Assembly: GCA_045863295.1 (NCBI GenBank)
Contig: BTWA01000007.1
Coordinates: forward strand, 151,709 to 215,708
Length of the DNA: 64,000 nt
Source: Candidatus Hydrogenedentota bacterium
GTDB taxonomy: Bacteria; Hydrogenedentota; Hydrogenedentia; Hydrogenedentales; SLHB01
Direction: 5' to 3'
A model generated the notes under the pieces. That model did no database searches, was not told where the DNA came from, and saw nothing but the letters and a program-made list of their open reading frames with translations. Made by a program: the position numbers and the translations under genes. Positions 1 to 10,371 of the stretch are shown here, piece after piece. How positions within the stretch are numbered: position 1 is the first letter of the stretch; each line of letters begins with the position of its first letter.

Positions 1-2624
1 CCGGCGCCTACTTCCCGGAGTCGCCGTTGGATCCTTTTGCAGCGACGACGACAAAGCGCGCGGGATACGACTGGTGGTCACTTCAGCCGCTTCGGCCCGT
101 GGAGCCTCCGGATGTTTCTACGCTTGCGCCGGGATCTCCATTTGCGGCGACATGGAATGCCCATCCAATCGATCAGTTTGTTTTTGCCAAGCTTCGAGAT
201 GCGGGTCTGGAGCCGTCCGGGCCAGCGTCTCCGCGCACGTTAATCCGGCGCGCTACGTTCGATTTGATCGGTCTTCCTCCGACACCGGAGGAAGTGTCTG
301 CATTCCTTTCCGCGTGTGAGCAAGAGACGGGGAAGCCTGGAGTCGTGGGAGATGTGGCCTATGCGGAACTCCTTGATCGGTTGCTGGCGTCTCCCCGGTA
401 TGGCGAGCATTGGGGCCGACATTGGCTCGATGTGGTGCGCTTTGGCGAGAGCAACGGCTATGAAGTGAACTACATTATCGAAAATGTGTGGCCTTATCGT
501 GACTACGTCATTCAGTCGTTTAACGAGGACAAGCCTTATGACCGGTTTGTGACCGAACAATTGGCGGGCGATGCTCTAGAGCCCGGCAATCCCGAAATAG
601 AGATTGCGACTGCGTTTCTTGTCTGTGGGCCCTATGACAACGTGGGCAATCAAGATGCCGTGCAGGCTGCGCAAATCCGGGCCAATTCCATTGACGATAT
701 GATACGTGCGACGAGCGAATCGTTTCTTGGGTTGACCGTCGGTTGTGCCCGATGCCACGACCACAAGTTCGATCCGATTTCCCAAACGGACTATTACGGA
801 CTCTATGCGTCGTTTGCGGGGGTTTGGCATGGCGAACGCACAGTCGCCACTGAAGCACAGCTTGCTTCACGCCAGAGTGTTGTTCAGCCGTTGGAAGCCA
901 AGCGCGACGCGATCGCGGCTGAGCAGGCTCAGCTGGTGGAGTCTGTGTTGGCCCGCGCTGAATCCAAGGCTGCGGAGTACGAGGCTCGCTGGACCCGCGA
1001 GAAGGTACTACGGAGCGGAACCGAAGAGACGTTTGCTCCTGTCGAAGCCAGATATGTTCGAATGACAAGCGAAGGCCGTGATGCCGACCCCAATGCGCCC
1101 TGGCCCTTCAAGATGGATGAATTCGACGTGTACACGGCTGGGCCCAATTCCCGCAATGTCGCGTTGGCTGCCCATGGAGGCAAGGTCACCGGAGTTAGCC
1201 GAAAGGCCGATGATTTTGGTGAGGCCTATCTGGTGGATGTGGTAATTGACGGTTCCTTTGGGGTTTCCTGGATTGCCCAAGGGCCGGAGTTGACTGTAGA
1301 ACTCGCCAAGCCGGAGTTGATCGATCGCGTGCTCTTTTCCAGCGATCGCCCCAACGCCCTAGGTGACAATCCGGAAGCGGTTTTTGTCTGCGAATACCGG
1401 ATAGACGTTTCGATGGACGGCCAGACTTGGACCGAGGTGGCTCATTCCCACGATCGTAAACCTGTTCATGACGCACATCGCCGTACACGGCTTTTCAGGC
1501 TCGAAGCGACCGACGAAGAGAAAGCCCGCGTCGGGGAACTGGGCCTTCAGTTGAATGCGGCGAAGGACGCGATCGCCGCGGTGCCTGCTTTGCCACGGTT
1601 TTGGATAGGCGAATTGAAACAGCCGGTAGAGCCGTTTTATGTCTTTGCCGGAGGCGATCCGCAGCGCAAAGGAGAGCGCGTGTTGGCTTCGTCCATGAAA
1701 TCCTTGTCCGCGGGCGAAATTGGCTTTGCCTTGGATGAGGCGGCGCCCGAACGAGATCGGCGCCTAGCCCTTGCGAGTTGGATCGTAGCCAAGCAAAACC
1801 CGATTACGCCCCGTGTTATTGTCAACCGCCTTTGGCACTATCATTTTGGGACCGGCATTGTGTCCACGCCCAGTGATTTTGGCTTCATGGGGAGTTCTCC
1901 AACGCATCCCGAGTTGCTGGACTGGCTGGCCAATGAATTGGTTGATCCGGGGTATGGCCCATTGACGGGGAAAGAGGCATGGCGGCTGAAACGGTTACAT
2001 CGGATCATCATGCGCTCACAGACTTATCGTCAGGGATCTCAGTATCGCGAGGACGCTTCCCGAATAGACGGAGACAGCCGGTTCTTATGGCGGTTTCCGC
2101 CACGGCGGCTCTCAAGCGACTCGATTCGCGACAGCATCCTGTCTATTGCGGGGAAGTTGGATACGGAGGCCATGGGCGGCCCCGGTTTCCGGTTGTATGC
2201 GTATTGGCGCGACAACGTATCGACTTATGTTCCGCTAGACAAGCACGGACCGGAGACCTACCGGCGCGCGGTATATCATCAACATGCGCGCGCGGAACGT
2301 ATCGATTTGTTGACTGATTTTGATTCGCCCGACTGCGCCATGCCGGCTCCAGCCCGCGCTTCAACGACTTCGCCGTTACAGGCGCTCACGTTGATGAACC
2401 ACAGCTTTACCCTCGATATGGCGTCTTATCTTCAGGAACGTCTGGAGCGAGAGTCGGGTATGTCGAATCGCGTTGCACAGGTACAAAGGGCGTTTCAATT
2501 GGCGTTTGCGCGTCCGCCCAGCGAATTGGAATTGACTGCATCCATCGTGACCATTGAAGCTCACGGAATGCAGGCGTTTTGCCGTGCTCTTCTAAATGCG
2601 AACGAGTTGATGTTTGTGGATTAA
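1..2624 (+). CDS. DUF1549/DUF1553 (PSD1, planctomycete-type) protein with internal discoidin/F5-8-like domain; 5' truncated by window edge
   Basis: Motifs HPIDQF, LIRRATFDLIGLPPT, YGEHWGRHWLDVVRF, CARCHDHKFDP, RVIVNRLWHYHFG, HPELLDWLA, PLQAL. The frame is open to the window start. Confidence 0.9.
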   Translation, partial: GAYFPESPLDPFAATTTKRAGYDWWSLQPLRPVEPPDVSTLAPGSPFAATWNAHPIDQFVFAKLRDAGLEPSGPASPRTLIRRATFDLIGLPPTPEEVSAFLSACEQETGKPGVVGDVAYAELLDRLLASPRYGEHWGRHWLDVVRFGESNGYEVNYIIENVWPYRDYVIQSFNEDKPYDRFVTEQLAGDALEPGNPEIEIATAFLVCGPYDNVGNQDAVQAAQIRANSIDDMIRATSESFLGLTVGCARCHDHKFDPISQTDYYGLYASFAGVWHGERTVATEAQLASRQSVVQPLEAKRDAIAAEQAQLVESVLARAESKAAEYEARWTREKVLRSGTEETFAPVEARYVRMTSEGRDADPNAPWPFKMDEFDVYTAGPNSRNVALAAHGGKVTGVSRKADDFGEAYLVDVVIDGSFGVSWIAQGPELTVELAKPELIDRVLFSSDRPNALGDNPEAVFVCEYRIDVSMDGQTWTEVAHSHDRKPVHDAHRRTRLFRLEATDEEKARVGELGLQLNAAKDAIAAVPALPRFWIGELKQPVEPFYVFAGGDPQRKGERVLASSMKSLSAGEIGFALDEAAPERDRRLALASWIVAKQNPITPRVIVNRLWHYHFGTGIVSTPSDFGFMGSSPTHPELLDWLANELVDPGYGPLTGKEAWRLKRLHRIIMRSQTYRQGSQYREDASRIDGDSRFLWRFPPRRLSSDSIRDSILSIAGKLDTEAMGGPGFRLYAYWRDNVSTYVPLDKHGPETYRRAVYHQHARAERIDLLTDFDSPDCAMPAPARASTTSPLQALTLMNHSFTLDMASYLQERLERESGMSNRVAQVQRAFQLAFARPPSELELTASIVTIEAHGMQAFCRALLNANELMFVD

Positions 2625-2639
2625 CGGAGTTTTTCACGC

Positions 2640-4100
2640 ATGAGTCGACACGCTAATCTGCACTCGGCCATTCAGCGTGAAGTGCTTTCGCGCAGAGGAT
2701 TCCTGGCGGATTCCTTCAAGGGGCTTGCGGGAGTGGGTCTGACCAGTTTGTTGATGTCGGACCTGTTTCGAGCCGGAACCGCTTCGGCCACTGCGAATCT
2801 TGCTCCACACTTTGCGCCAAAGGCGAAGCGCGTATTGCAGATATTCTGCCCCGGTGCAGCTTCCCACATGGATTTGTGGGAACACAAACCGTCGCTCGAG
2901 AAGTATCACGACACACCGTTACCCGGCGAAGAGAATATGGTCAGCTTTCAGGGGAAGAACGGCAATCTGATGCGGAGTCCCTGGCCGTTTGCTCCATGCG
3001 GCGAGAGCGGAAAGACGATCAGTACTTTGCTGCCGCATATGGCGCGACACGTGGACGATATTGCGTTTATCCATTCCATGACATCGAAAACCAATACCCA
3101 CGGGCCGGGCTGCGTGTTTATGAATACCGGCCATGCAACCGAGGGGTTTCCCAGCAACGGTGCGTGGATAAGCTATGCGCTCGGCAGTGAGAACGAAAAC
3201 CTGCCTGCTTATGTGTGCATGCCCGATGTTCGCGGTGAGCCGCCCAACGGCAAAGCGAATTGGAGTAACGGCTTTCTTCCCGCGGAACACCAAGCCATTG
3301 TGTTGGCGGCGCAACAGCCCATTCGCAATTTGAGTACACCGGACATGATTTCGGCCAGCGAGGAAAATGGCACCCGCGCGTTTTTGAACTTTTTGAATGA
3401 TCAACACGCAGTGACCCATCCCGGAAACTCGGAGTTGCGGGCGCGCATGGCGGCGTATGAATTGGCGGCGCGCATGCAGCTTTCAGCGCCTGAAGTCTCC
3501 GATCTGGCTGCGGAGTCTCCATCCATGCATGCCCTTTATGGCACGGATGATCCCAATGCGTTGAAAGCAGGCTACGCACGCAACTGTCTGCTTGCGCGCC
3601 GTTTGTTGGAACGGGGCGTACGGTATGTGAATGTGTATTGCGCTTCGCGAGCTTCCGGTGTGGACGGTCTCCTGAACTGGGATGCGCACAAGACCCTCAA
3701 GACCGATTATGAGAGGCATTGTCCGATATTCGATCAACCCACGGCGGCGCTCCTGACCGACCTGAAGCAGCGCGGGATGCTCGACGATACGCTGGTGCTT
3801 TGGACGACCGAGTTCGGCCGTATGCCCACGCACCAACAGGGGACGACGGGTCGCGACCACAATCCAGATGGGTTTACCTGTTGGATGATGGGGGCTGGTG
3901 TGAAGGGCGGGGTGAGTTTTGGCGCCACCGACGAGTTTGGCCGCCGGGCCGAAATAAATCCGGTGACGGTTTGGGATTTTTACGCGACGGTACTTCAGAT
4001 TCTGGGTTTCGATCACGAGAAGCTCACATATTACTACAATGGTCTGGACCGCAGGTTGACGGACGTACATGGATACGTGATCAAGGATATTCTGGCCTGA
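2640..4100 (+). CDS. DUF1501 family protein (Tat-exported, sulfatase-like fold)
   Basis: SRRGFL Tat signal; PKAKRVLQIF, SHMDLW, EFGRMP, GRDHNP, GATDEFG, RRLTDVHG. It is the usual partner of DUF1549/1553 genes. Confidence 0.9.
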   Translation: MSRHANLHSAIQREVLSRRGFLADSFKGLAGVGLTSLLMSDLFRAGTASATANLAPHFAPKAKRVLQIFCPGAASHMDLWEHKPSLEKYHDTPLPGEENMVSFQGKNGNLMRSPWPFAPCGESGKTISTLLPHMARHVDDIAFIHSMTSKTNTHGPGCVFMNTGHATEGFPSNGAWISYALGSENENLPAYVCMPDVRGEPPNGKANWSNGFLPAEHQAIVLAAQQPIRNLSTPDMISASEENGTRAFLNFLNDQHAVTHPGNSELRARMAAYELAARMQLSAPEVSDLAAESPSMHALYGTDDPNALKAGYARNCLLARRLLERGVRYVNVYCASRASGVDGLLNWDAHKTLKTDYERHCPIFDQPTAALLTDLKQRGMLDDTLVLWTTEFGRMPTHQQGTTGRDHNPDGFTCWMMGAGVKGGVSFGATDEFGRRAEINPVTVWDFYATVLQILGFDHEKLTYYYNGLDRRLTDVHGYVIKDILA

Positions 4101-4181
4101 TACGCTTGCCGCAGCTGTCTGATTAGCATCTGTGTCCATTCCAGTTCAAATCGTCTCCAGACTTACAGGAAGTGGCTCTTT

Positions 4182-6083
4182 ATGAGTTTCAGTCATCGGT
4201 TTGCACTTGTGTTGCTTTTGTGCCTGATTCCGGTTGTTCCAGCGCTGTCAGACGTATTTCAAACAATTGGCATTCCCGTTCGTAAGGCTGGACTGATGGG
4301 GGTCCTGGTGGGGCCGGGTCCTGTGGACGGGTCCGAGCGCATCTATTTTAATTTTCGTCAAGATGGCGGAAAGTTGTTCCTTGTTTCGGTGGATCCAGTT
4401 ACTGGATCGTCCGAGCAATACAAATCTCCGGTGGGTACGGGTGCCTGGGGATTTATCGTTGGTCCCGATGGACGTATATACCTGGGTACCCATGAAGGGC
4501 CGGATGAAGGTGACAGTGGACAAATCCTGGTATTCGATCCGAAGCAACCGGAGAAGCAGATACAGATCGTGGGCCGGCCTTCGTCGACGGAGACCTACCT
4601 TTGGCAATTCTGCATTGGGGATGACGGTAAAATCTATGCAGGCACGTATCCTGGAGCAAAAGTGGTCTCATTCGATCCCGCCACGGGTACCATGGCGGAT
4701 CACGGAGTCATGGACGAATCACAGAAGTACACGCGCAATTTGAGCGCTGGCCGGGATGGACGGATCTATCTTGGTATTGGATACGGAAAGGCCAATGTAG
4801 TGGCCTTTGATCCAGCGTCTGGCACACATGAATCGATATTGCCGGAGCTGTATCGTACAGACCCTGCACAAACGACTGCGTCGGTATGGAAAGGTGTTGA
4901 TGGCAATGTATATGTGTCTGCACATCGCATGGAAGGAGACGGCGAACAGCGAAAACCCGTGGGTGTGACGCTGAAGGTAGAGGGCGATTCGGTCGTGGAA
5001 GTTACGGATGCGCCCGCAACGGTGAACAACAGGACTCTGTCGAACGGTACGATCGTAAGCAACGCCACATTGGATGGCACCTATGAGTTGATATCTGCTG
5101 GTGGTCAGGTCGAAAAGCGATCATTCAAATACGCTGGGGATGGGGCCGGTCTGTTTATCGTAGAGAACGGGCCCCTGGGCCGAATCTATGGCGGCACGTT
5201 TATGCCGAATGAGATGTTCTGGTACGACCCGGCGACCGGCGAACTGCAGAACCCGGGCAATCCAAGCGAAGTATCCGGGGAGATATATTCCATCCTTGAA
5301 CACAACGGCTTGGTGTACACGTGTTCCTATCCGGGTTCGTTTTTGTCCAAATGGAATCCACTTGGGCCATGGAATTACGGAAGAGAAGCAGATTCCAATC
5401 CGAAAGGATTTGGTCCATTGGGGAGAGGGCATCTGCGGCCGCGTGCGATGATTCATGGCCCTGGCGGCTCTATCTACATCGGCAGTTACCCGGAGTATGG
5501 CATGCACGGCGGCTCTATGGCCGTCTGGGATCCGGTAACCGATACACTGCTTCAGAATCACCACCACCTGATTAAGAATCAGTCCATCATCAGTCTGATA
5601 TTCGATGAGAAGTCCGGTCTTGTGTTTGGGGGCACGAGCACCCAAGGTGGAGGAGGGACCGAGCCGATTGAGCCGGAGGCGAAGTTTTTTGCATTTAGTC
5701 CGGATATGCAGTCGTTGGCCATGGAGCAGGTGCCCGTTAAGGGAGCAGAGTACATTCGATCCATGTGTTTGCTAGGACGAAGAATATACGGAATTGCCAA
5801 TGCGGACACCTTATTCATTTACAATATCGACGAGAAGACGATTGTGGAGACGGGGAGTATCGGAGTCGGAAGTGTACTTGATTGTTCCCTGCGTGTTTGG
5901 AAAGACGGCGGGATTTATGGTGTTGCGAAGAATTCCGTGTTTCAGCTTGATACGGAATCAAATAAGGCCAGGGTCTTGGCGGAGTACCCAGAGTCCATTC
6001 GCTGCGGAATGGCCGTGGACGACTACGGCATCTACTTTGGCGTTCGAGCTGAACTGATTCGATACAATTGGCCAGATTCGTGA
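4182..6083 (+). CDS. Secreted beta-propeller repeat protein
   Basis: Signal peptide; repeated GPDGRIYLGT / DGKIYAGTYP / FDPATG blade motifs. Confidence 0.75.
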   Translation: MSFSHRFALVLLLCLIPVVPALSDVFQTIGIPVRKAGLMGVLVGPGPVDGSERIYFNFRQDGGKLFLVSVDPVTGSSEQYKSPVGTGAWGFIVGPDGRIYLGTHEGPDEGDSGQILVFDPKQPEKQIQIVGRPSSTETYLWQFCIGDDGKIYAGTYPGAKVVSFDPATGTMADHGVMDESQKYTRNLSAGRDGRIYLGIGYGKANVVAFDPASGTHESILPELYRTDPAQTTASVWKGVDGNVYVSAHRMEGDGEQRKPVGVTLKVEGDSVVEVTDAPATVNNRTLSNGTIVSNATLDGTYELISAGGQVEKRSFKYAGDGAGLFIVENGPLGRIYGGTFMPNEMFWYDPATGELQNPGNPSEVSGEIYSILEHNGLVYTCSYPGSFLSKWNPLGPWNYGREADSNPKGFGPLGRGHLRPRAMIHGPGGSIYIGSYPEYGMHGGSMAVWDPVTDTLLQNHHHLIKNQSIISLIFDEKSGLVFGGTSTQGGGGTEPIEPEAKFFAFSPDMQSLAMEQVPVKGAEYIRSMCLLGRRIYGIANADTLFIYNIDEKTIVETGSIGVGSVLDCSLRVWKDGGIYGVAKNSVFQLDTESNKARVLAEYPESIRCGMAVDDYGIYFGVRAELIRYNWPDS

Positions 6084-6137
6084 TGCAAAGTGCATTCCGA
6101 AGGTATGGAAGCGTAGCCAGAAATGCGGGGGAATACC

Positions 6138-8747
6138 ATGCTGCATGCACGGGGCATCGTGAAGACATTGTGGACGGTGGCTGTGGCGCTATGGGGGTCT
6201 ACTTGTCTGTGTGAAGAGTTTCGCCATATCCACATCCAATTGGGGCAGGATTCGGGTGCAATTGAAGAGCGGACTGCCGCATTGCTCAAAGAGAGGTTGA
6301 CTGAATCTGGCGGTGGTAAAGTTACCATTGGGCATGATGCGATTGCAGATACAGGCGAACGGGCGTTGCTGGTTCTTTTTGGCGTTGCCGGAAACCACGC
6401 TGAAATCGGGAAACGATTTGAGAGTGCTCGGATCGCCTCTGTAACTGATCGGGACCCTGGCCCCGAGGGATTCCATATCAAGTGTATGGACTCACACGTG
6501 TTGGTAGCGGCTGCTGCTGACAACCGAGGCTCGCTATATGCGGTGGGCGAATTGCTCCGTCGCATACGCATTCTTCCCAACTCATTTGAAGTACCGTTGA
6601 CGCTTGATGTGCGTACGGCGCCTGCATTCGAGATTCGAGGCACACAATTCGGGCAAAGTGGAGTGGCCAAAAACCTCGCCAAGGTGCGCGATTGGACGGA
6701 GGCCGAAACACAACGAGCCATTTTGGACGATGCCCTAGCCGGAGCCAATACCTTTGACGTGAATCGGGGGCCATTATTCGACTTCCTTAAATCATTTGAC
6801 CTGCTTACCCAAGACAGTTACGGGCCCAATATTGGCAGCGGTCCGGATGAATGGCTGGCGGAGGAGTCGATTGGCCGAACGGGATATCTTTGCCCATCAG
6901 TTCCGGAAGCCCGTCAGGCCTTGTTGGATAAGGCGGAGGCCTACTTCAGCGGAGGCGCACCTTTTGACCTAATCAAATTTGTTGGGGGCGACGGCGGCGG
7001 ATGCGAGTGCGACAAGTGCGATCCCTACGGACTCACCTTCATTCTGTTGTGTGAGGACATGGCGAAGACCGTGCACAAGTACGGACCCAACACCCGCATC
7101 TGGTTTACGAATCAGAAATTTGATGATGCCGACGATCAGGCCATTTTTAAGTACTTGCAGGAAGAGCCGCGCGAGTGGTTGTGGGCATGGGGCTACGGAC
7201 CGGGATCAGACGCCATGAGTTGGCAACCCGGTCACCGACAAACGCATCGGATGGACTTGTTTCGATATCCTGGGTTCGGCCCGTTTGATCGATATAACCA
7301 GGAAATCATACACCAACTGCCTCCACAGCAGACGCTTCTCCATTACAATGAACTGACGCATTGGCGCTATTCGCAACACGGATATGTGCAAATGTATCCG
7401 CGCCCGGACAAGAACGGGGATCTGCCACCGTGGCAAAATCATTTTATTTACGAGAGGCGTCCAGACCAGGCGCTTACCATGGTGTATGATCGGCTGACAT
7501 TTTACGCGTGGCCTCGTTTCTATCATTGGTTATTCGGTGAAATAAACCGGTATGGCGTCGGCGATGTCACGCACTCCAGTGGTCACCACGATCATTTTAA
7601 CCAGTGGATGTGGCAGCGCCTGTTATGGGCGCCGCAGACATCCGTGGATGATGTGGTGAAAGAGTATTGCGAGGCCTGGTTTGGCGAGGCGGCCGCGCCA
7701 AGCATGGCGCAGGCACTCTTCCAATTGGAGGAAAACCTGGAAGAGAATCCAAACACACCGATCACGGAGAAGTCCGGGATTGATCGATACTACGATCTGG
7801 TCGCTGAGGCTGGAAAGACCATGCCTCCCCACCTGATGAAGAACAACTGGATTTGGCGCGAGTACATGCAAAAGGGTGCGCTCGACAAGTACGTTAAACT
7901 CAAAGTCGCTCAACAGACAGCATTGCAGGCGGAAATCGAAGAGGACATGTCGAATGCTGTCAAATCCGCCGATCCTGACCTGGCCGTTCGAGAAGCCTTG
8001 CAGAAGTTTGGTGAGATGAAAGAGACACCGGCGATGGTACGCCTTCGGGAAGAGGCGGGTGTACTCGGTGAGGAAAGCAATACGTTATTCGGCGTAAGGA
8101 ATGAAGGGTACTTTAATCTTGAGCATGATTTCATAGGGTTGGGCTGGCTGAAGCGGCAGTTGGAGCGATCTCTTGATGCCAAAGATCGGAAGACGAAGGC
8201 CGAGTTGCTGGGCATGATTGTGGACTACGAGAATCCTGGAGAAGGCGGATTTTACGACAATTTGGGAACATACAACCCTTGCCCGAACGTTATTAACGGA
8301 TCTCCTTACGATCATGGCCAGCCTTTTGTCGCGGGCATGCTTGACGAAGGCAACAGGCCCAGCCAGAAGTCCATGCATAGCACACAGGAACAAGCGCAAG
8401 GCGTGACGCTGCGTTACCGCAATCTAGATCCCAAAGCCGCATACCGCATACGTCTCACCCTGGTACGCCCTTGGTTTCAGGAGCGGTATGCCATGCGTAT
8501 GAACCAGAAGTCGCAAACCATTTATGCGGACGATACCGTTCTGGCGAAGGATGTTGAACTGCCGCTGCAAATGAGCGATTTTTTCACGTATGATATTCCG
8601 ATGGCGGCCACTAAGGATGGCGAACTCGTGATTCGAATGGAGAAAGCGCCGGACATGGCGAACGGCGATCGTGTCTCGGTGGAGCAATGGCGCAATTCCG
8701 GGGGATGGGGTACGCTGTTGTCCGAGGCTTGGCTTATCAAGAAGTGA
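6138..8747 (+). CDS. Secreted hypothetical protein, putative glycoside hydrolase-like (GH20/GH67-type N-terminal domain)
   Basis: Signal peptide; PGPEGFHI...RGSLYAVGELLR...PAFEIRG N-terminal module. Alternative start at 6123. Confidence 0.6.
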   Translation: MLHARGIVKTLWTVAVALWGSTCLCEEFRHIHIQLGQDSGAIEERTAALLKERLTESGGGKVTIGHDAIADTGERALLVLFGVAGNHAEIGKRFESARIASVTDRDPGPEGFHIKCMDSHVLVAAAADNRGSLYAVGELLRRIRILPNSFEVPLTLDVRTAPAFEIRGTQFGQSGVAKNLAKVRDWTEAETQRAILDDALAGANTFDVNRGPLFDFLKSFDLLTQDSYGPNIGSGPDEWLAEESIGRTGYLCPSVPEARQALLDKAEAYFSGGAPFDLIKFVGGDGGGCECDKCDPYGLTFILLCEDMAKTVHKYGPNTRIWFTNQKFDDADDQAIFKYLQEEPREWLWAWGYGPGSDAMSWQPGHRQTHRMDLFRYPGFGPFDRYNQEIIHQLPPQQTLLHYNELTHWRYSQHGYVQMYPRPDKNGDLPPWQNHFIYERRPDQALTMVYDRLTFYAWPRFYHWLFGEINRYGVGDVTHSSGHHDHFNQWMWQRLLWAPQTSVDDVVKEYCEAWFGEAAAPSMAQALFQLEENLEENPNTPITEKSGIDRYYDLVAEAGKTMPPHLMKNNWIWREYMQKGALDKYVKLKVAQQTALQAEIEEDMSNAVKSADPDLAVREALQKFGEMKETPAMVRLREEAGVLGEESNTLFGVRNEGYFNLEHDFIGLGWLKRQLERSLDAKDRKTKAELLGMIVDYENPGEGGFYDNLGTYNPCPNVINGSPYDHGQPFVAGMLDEGNRPSQKSMHSTQEQAQGVTLRYRNLDPKAAYRIRLTLVRPWFQERYAMRMNQKSQTIYADDTVLAKDVELPLQMSDFFTYDIPMAATKDGELVIRMEKAPDMANGDRVSVEQWRNSGGWGTLLSEAWLIKK

Positions 8748-8754
8748 ACCGAGT

Positions 8755-10281
8755 TCAGCCCTTCCAGCCGCCTGTCAGTAGGGGAAACTCTGTCACGGCT
8801 TTGTATGGTTCGCTGTAATCGCCACCTTGGTGGCTGTGCCGGCACGATGCGAGAAATTGCCGCAGGTACTCTCTTTGTTCAGACACGTAGTCCGGTTTTG
8901 ACGCTGCGAGATTGTTTGCTTCCTGCTCGTCTTCAAGTACATCGTACAATTGATCTTCCGTTCCGGAATTCGACAAGTTGGTCAAAAACTTGTATCGATC
9001 TCCAATGGTTCCCAATGTAGGTGAGCCGGCCATTCCGCGTTCGGAATCCAGGAAGAACAAAGGAATAATTTTGTCTCTTTCGACGACCTTGCCACTCAAG
9101 GCAGGCATCAGGCTGATTCCGTCAATCGGGCGGACGTCTGGCATGACGTAGCCCAAGAGATCGCACAGCGTGGGGAGGTAATCCAAGGTGCTGCATGGGG
9201 TCGCAACCGTAGACCCGGCTTCGATCCTGCCAGGCCACTTCGCGAAGGCCGGAACCGTAATCCCGCCTGAGTACAAACTGCGCTTGCGGCCGCGCAAGTG
9301 AGCCGTTGAGCCATGGAACCGGCTTACCGGGTCGTCATCGCCGGACCCTTCGGGCCCATTGTCAGAGGCAAACAAAACAAAAGTATTTTGATCGACGCCA
9401 AGCTCGGTTAGCAGTTTGTTGATGCGTCCAACCTGTTCGTCCATGGCTGTGATACTGCCAAAATAATGCTGTGCGCCTTCGGGGTGGTCTGCATACATTG
9501 CTCTGTAGTCAGGTCCGGCAACGACGGGTGCATGCGGTGTGTGAAACCAGATTGTTGCCATAAACGGAACGCCTTGGGACAGCGTAGTGCGAAAGAACGG
9601 TTCCACGCGGTCAATAATTACTCGGGCATCGTCGCCGTCCAAGTTTTCCGTTACGCGCTTGCCTTGTTCATTCCAATAGGCGGAGCGCCAGCGGGTGCCG
9701 GGCGTGCCCCATAGATTATTGCCTTCCGCCGGCGTGAGGCCTGGATTCCACGTCGGGACGAGTGCCTCCGTGCAAAAGCACGTGTCGTATCCGTGGTCCC
9801 ATGGAGGCGAATAGAATTCAGGGTGATCCGGTCCCCCTCGATTGCCATCTTTTTCCGTGGTTGACATCGTACCCAGATGCCATTTGCCGAAATGCCCAGT
9901 CCGGTATCCGGCATACCTGCAGATTTCAGCAATGGTAATTTCTTGCCGAGGCAGGCAGCCTTCATTAGCATGCATGACTCCCAGACGCGCGTGGTGACGT
10001 CCCGTGAGACACGTAGCGCGCGTGGGGGAACAAACAGGGCTACCAGAATAGAATCGGGTAAACCTGGCGCCTTCCGCGCAGAGGCGGTCCAGATTGGGTG
10101 TACGAATTTCGGAATTACCATTGAATCCGGTATCACCAAACCCCAAATCGTCGCACATAATCAGTAGGAGATTCGGCGTTTTGTTTGCACCAGAAGTCCC
10201 TTGGGCACCAAGCGTACCGAAGCTCAACGCCGTTGCCTGAAACATGGCTTGGAGAAACGATCGGCGCGACGTGCGACTCAT
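8755..10281 (-). CDS. Sulfatase (Cys-type, Tat-exported)
   Basis: SRRSFL Tat signal; PNLLLIMCDDLG, CSPTRATCLTGR, GKWHLG, SDNGP. Confidence 0.92.
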   Translation of the reverse strand: MSRTSRRSFLQAMFQATALSFGTLGAQGTSGANKTPNLLLIMCDDLGFGDTGFNGNSEIRTPNLDRLCAEGARFTRFYSGSPVCSPTRATCLTGRHHARLGVMHANEGCLPRQEITIAEICRYAGYRTGHFGKWHLGTMSTTEKDGNRGGPDHPEFYSPPWDHGYDTCFCTEALVPTWNPGLTPAEGNNLWGTPGTRWRSAYWNEQGKRVTENLDGDDARVIIDRVEPFFRTTLSQGVPFMATIWFHTPHAPVVAGPDYRAMYADHPEGAQHYFGSITAMDEQVGRINKLLTELGVDQNTFVLFASDNGPEGSGDDDPVSRFHGSTAHLRGRKRSLYSGGITVPAFAKWPGRIEAGSTVATPCSTLDYLPTLCDLLGYVMPDVRPIDGISLMPALSGKVVERDKIIPLFFLDSERGMAGSPTLGTIGDRYKFLTNLSNSGTEDQLYDVLEDEQEANNLAASKPDYVSEQREYLRQFLASCRHSHQGGDYSEPYKAVTEFPLLTGGWKG

Positions 10282-10371
10282 GAAAGACTCCACCGTTGTT
10301 ATAGGGTCTAAATAGTTGTTGCTTTCGCGTACTTGATTGTACACGTCACGGCGGTCGGCAGTGAAGGGTCG

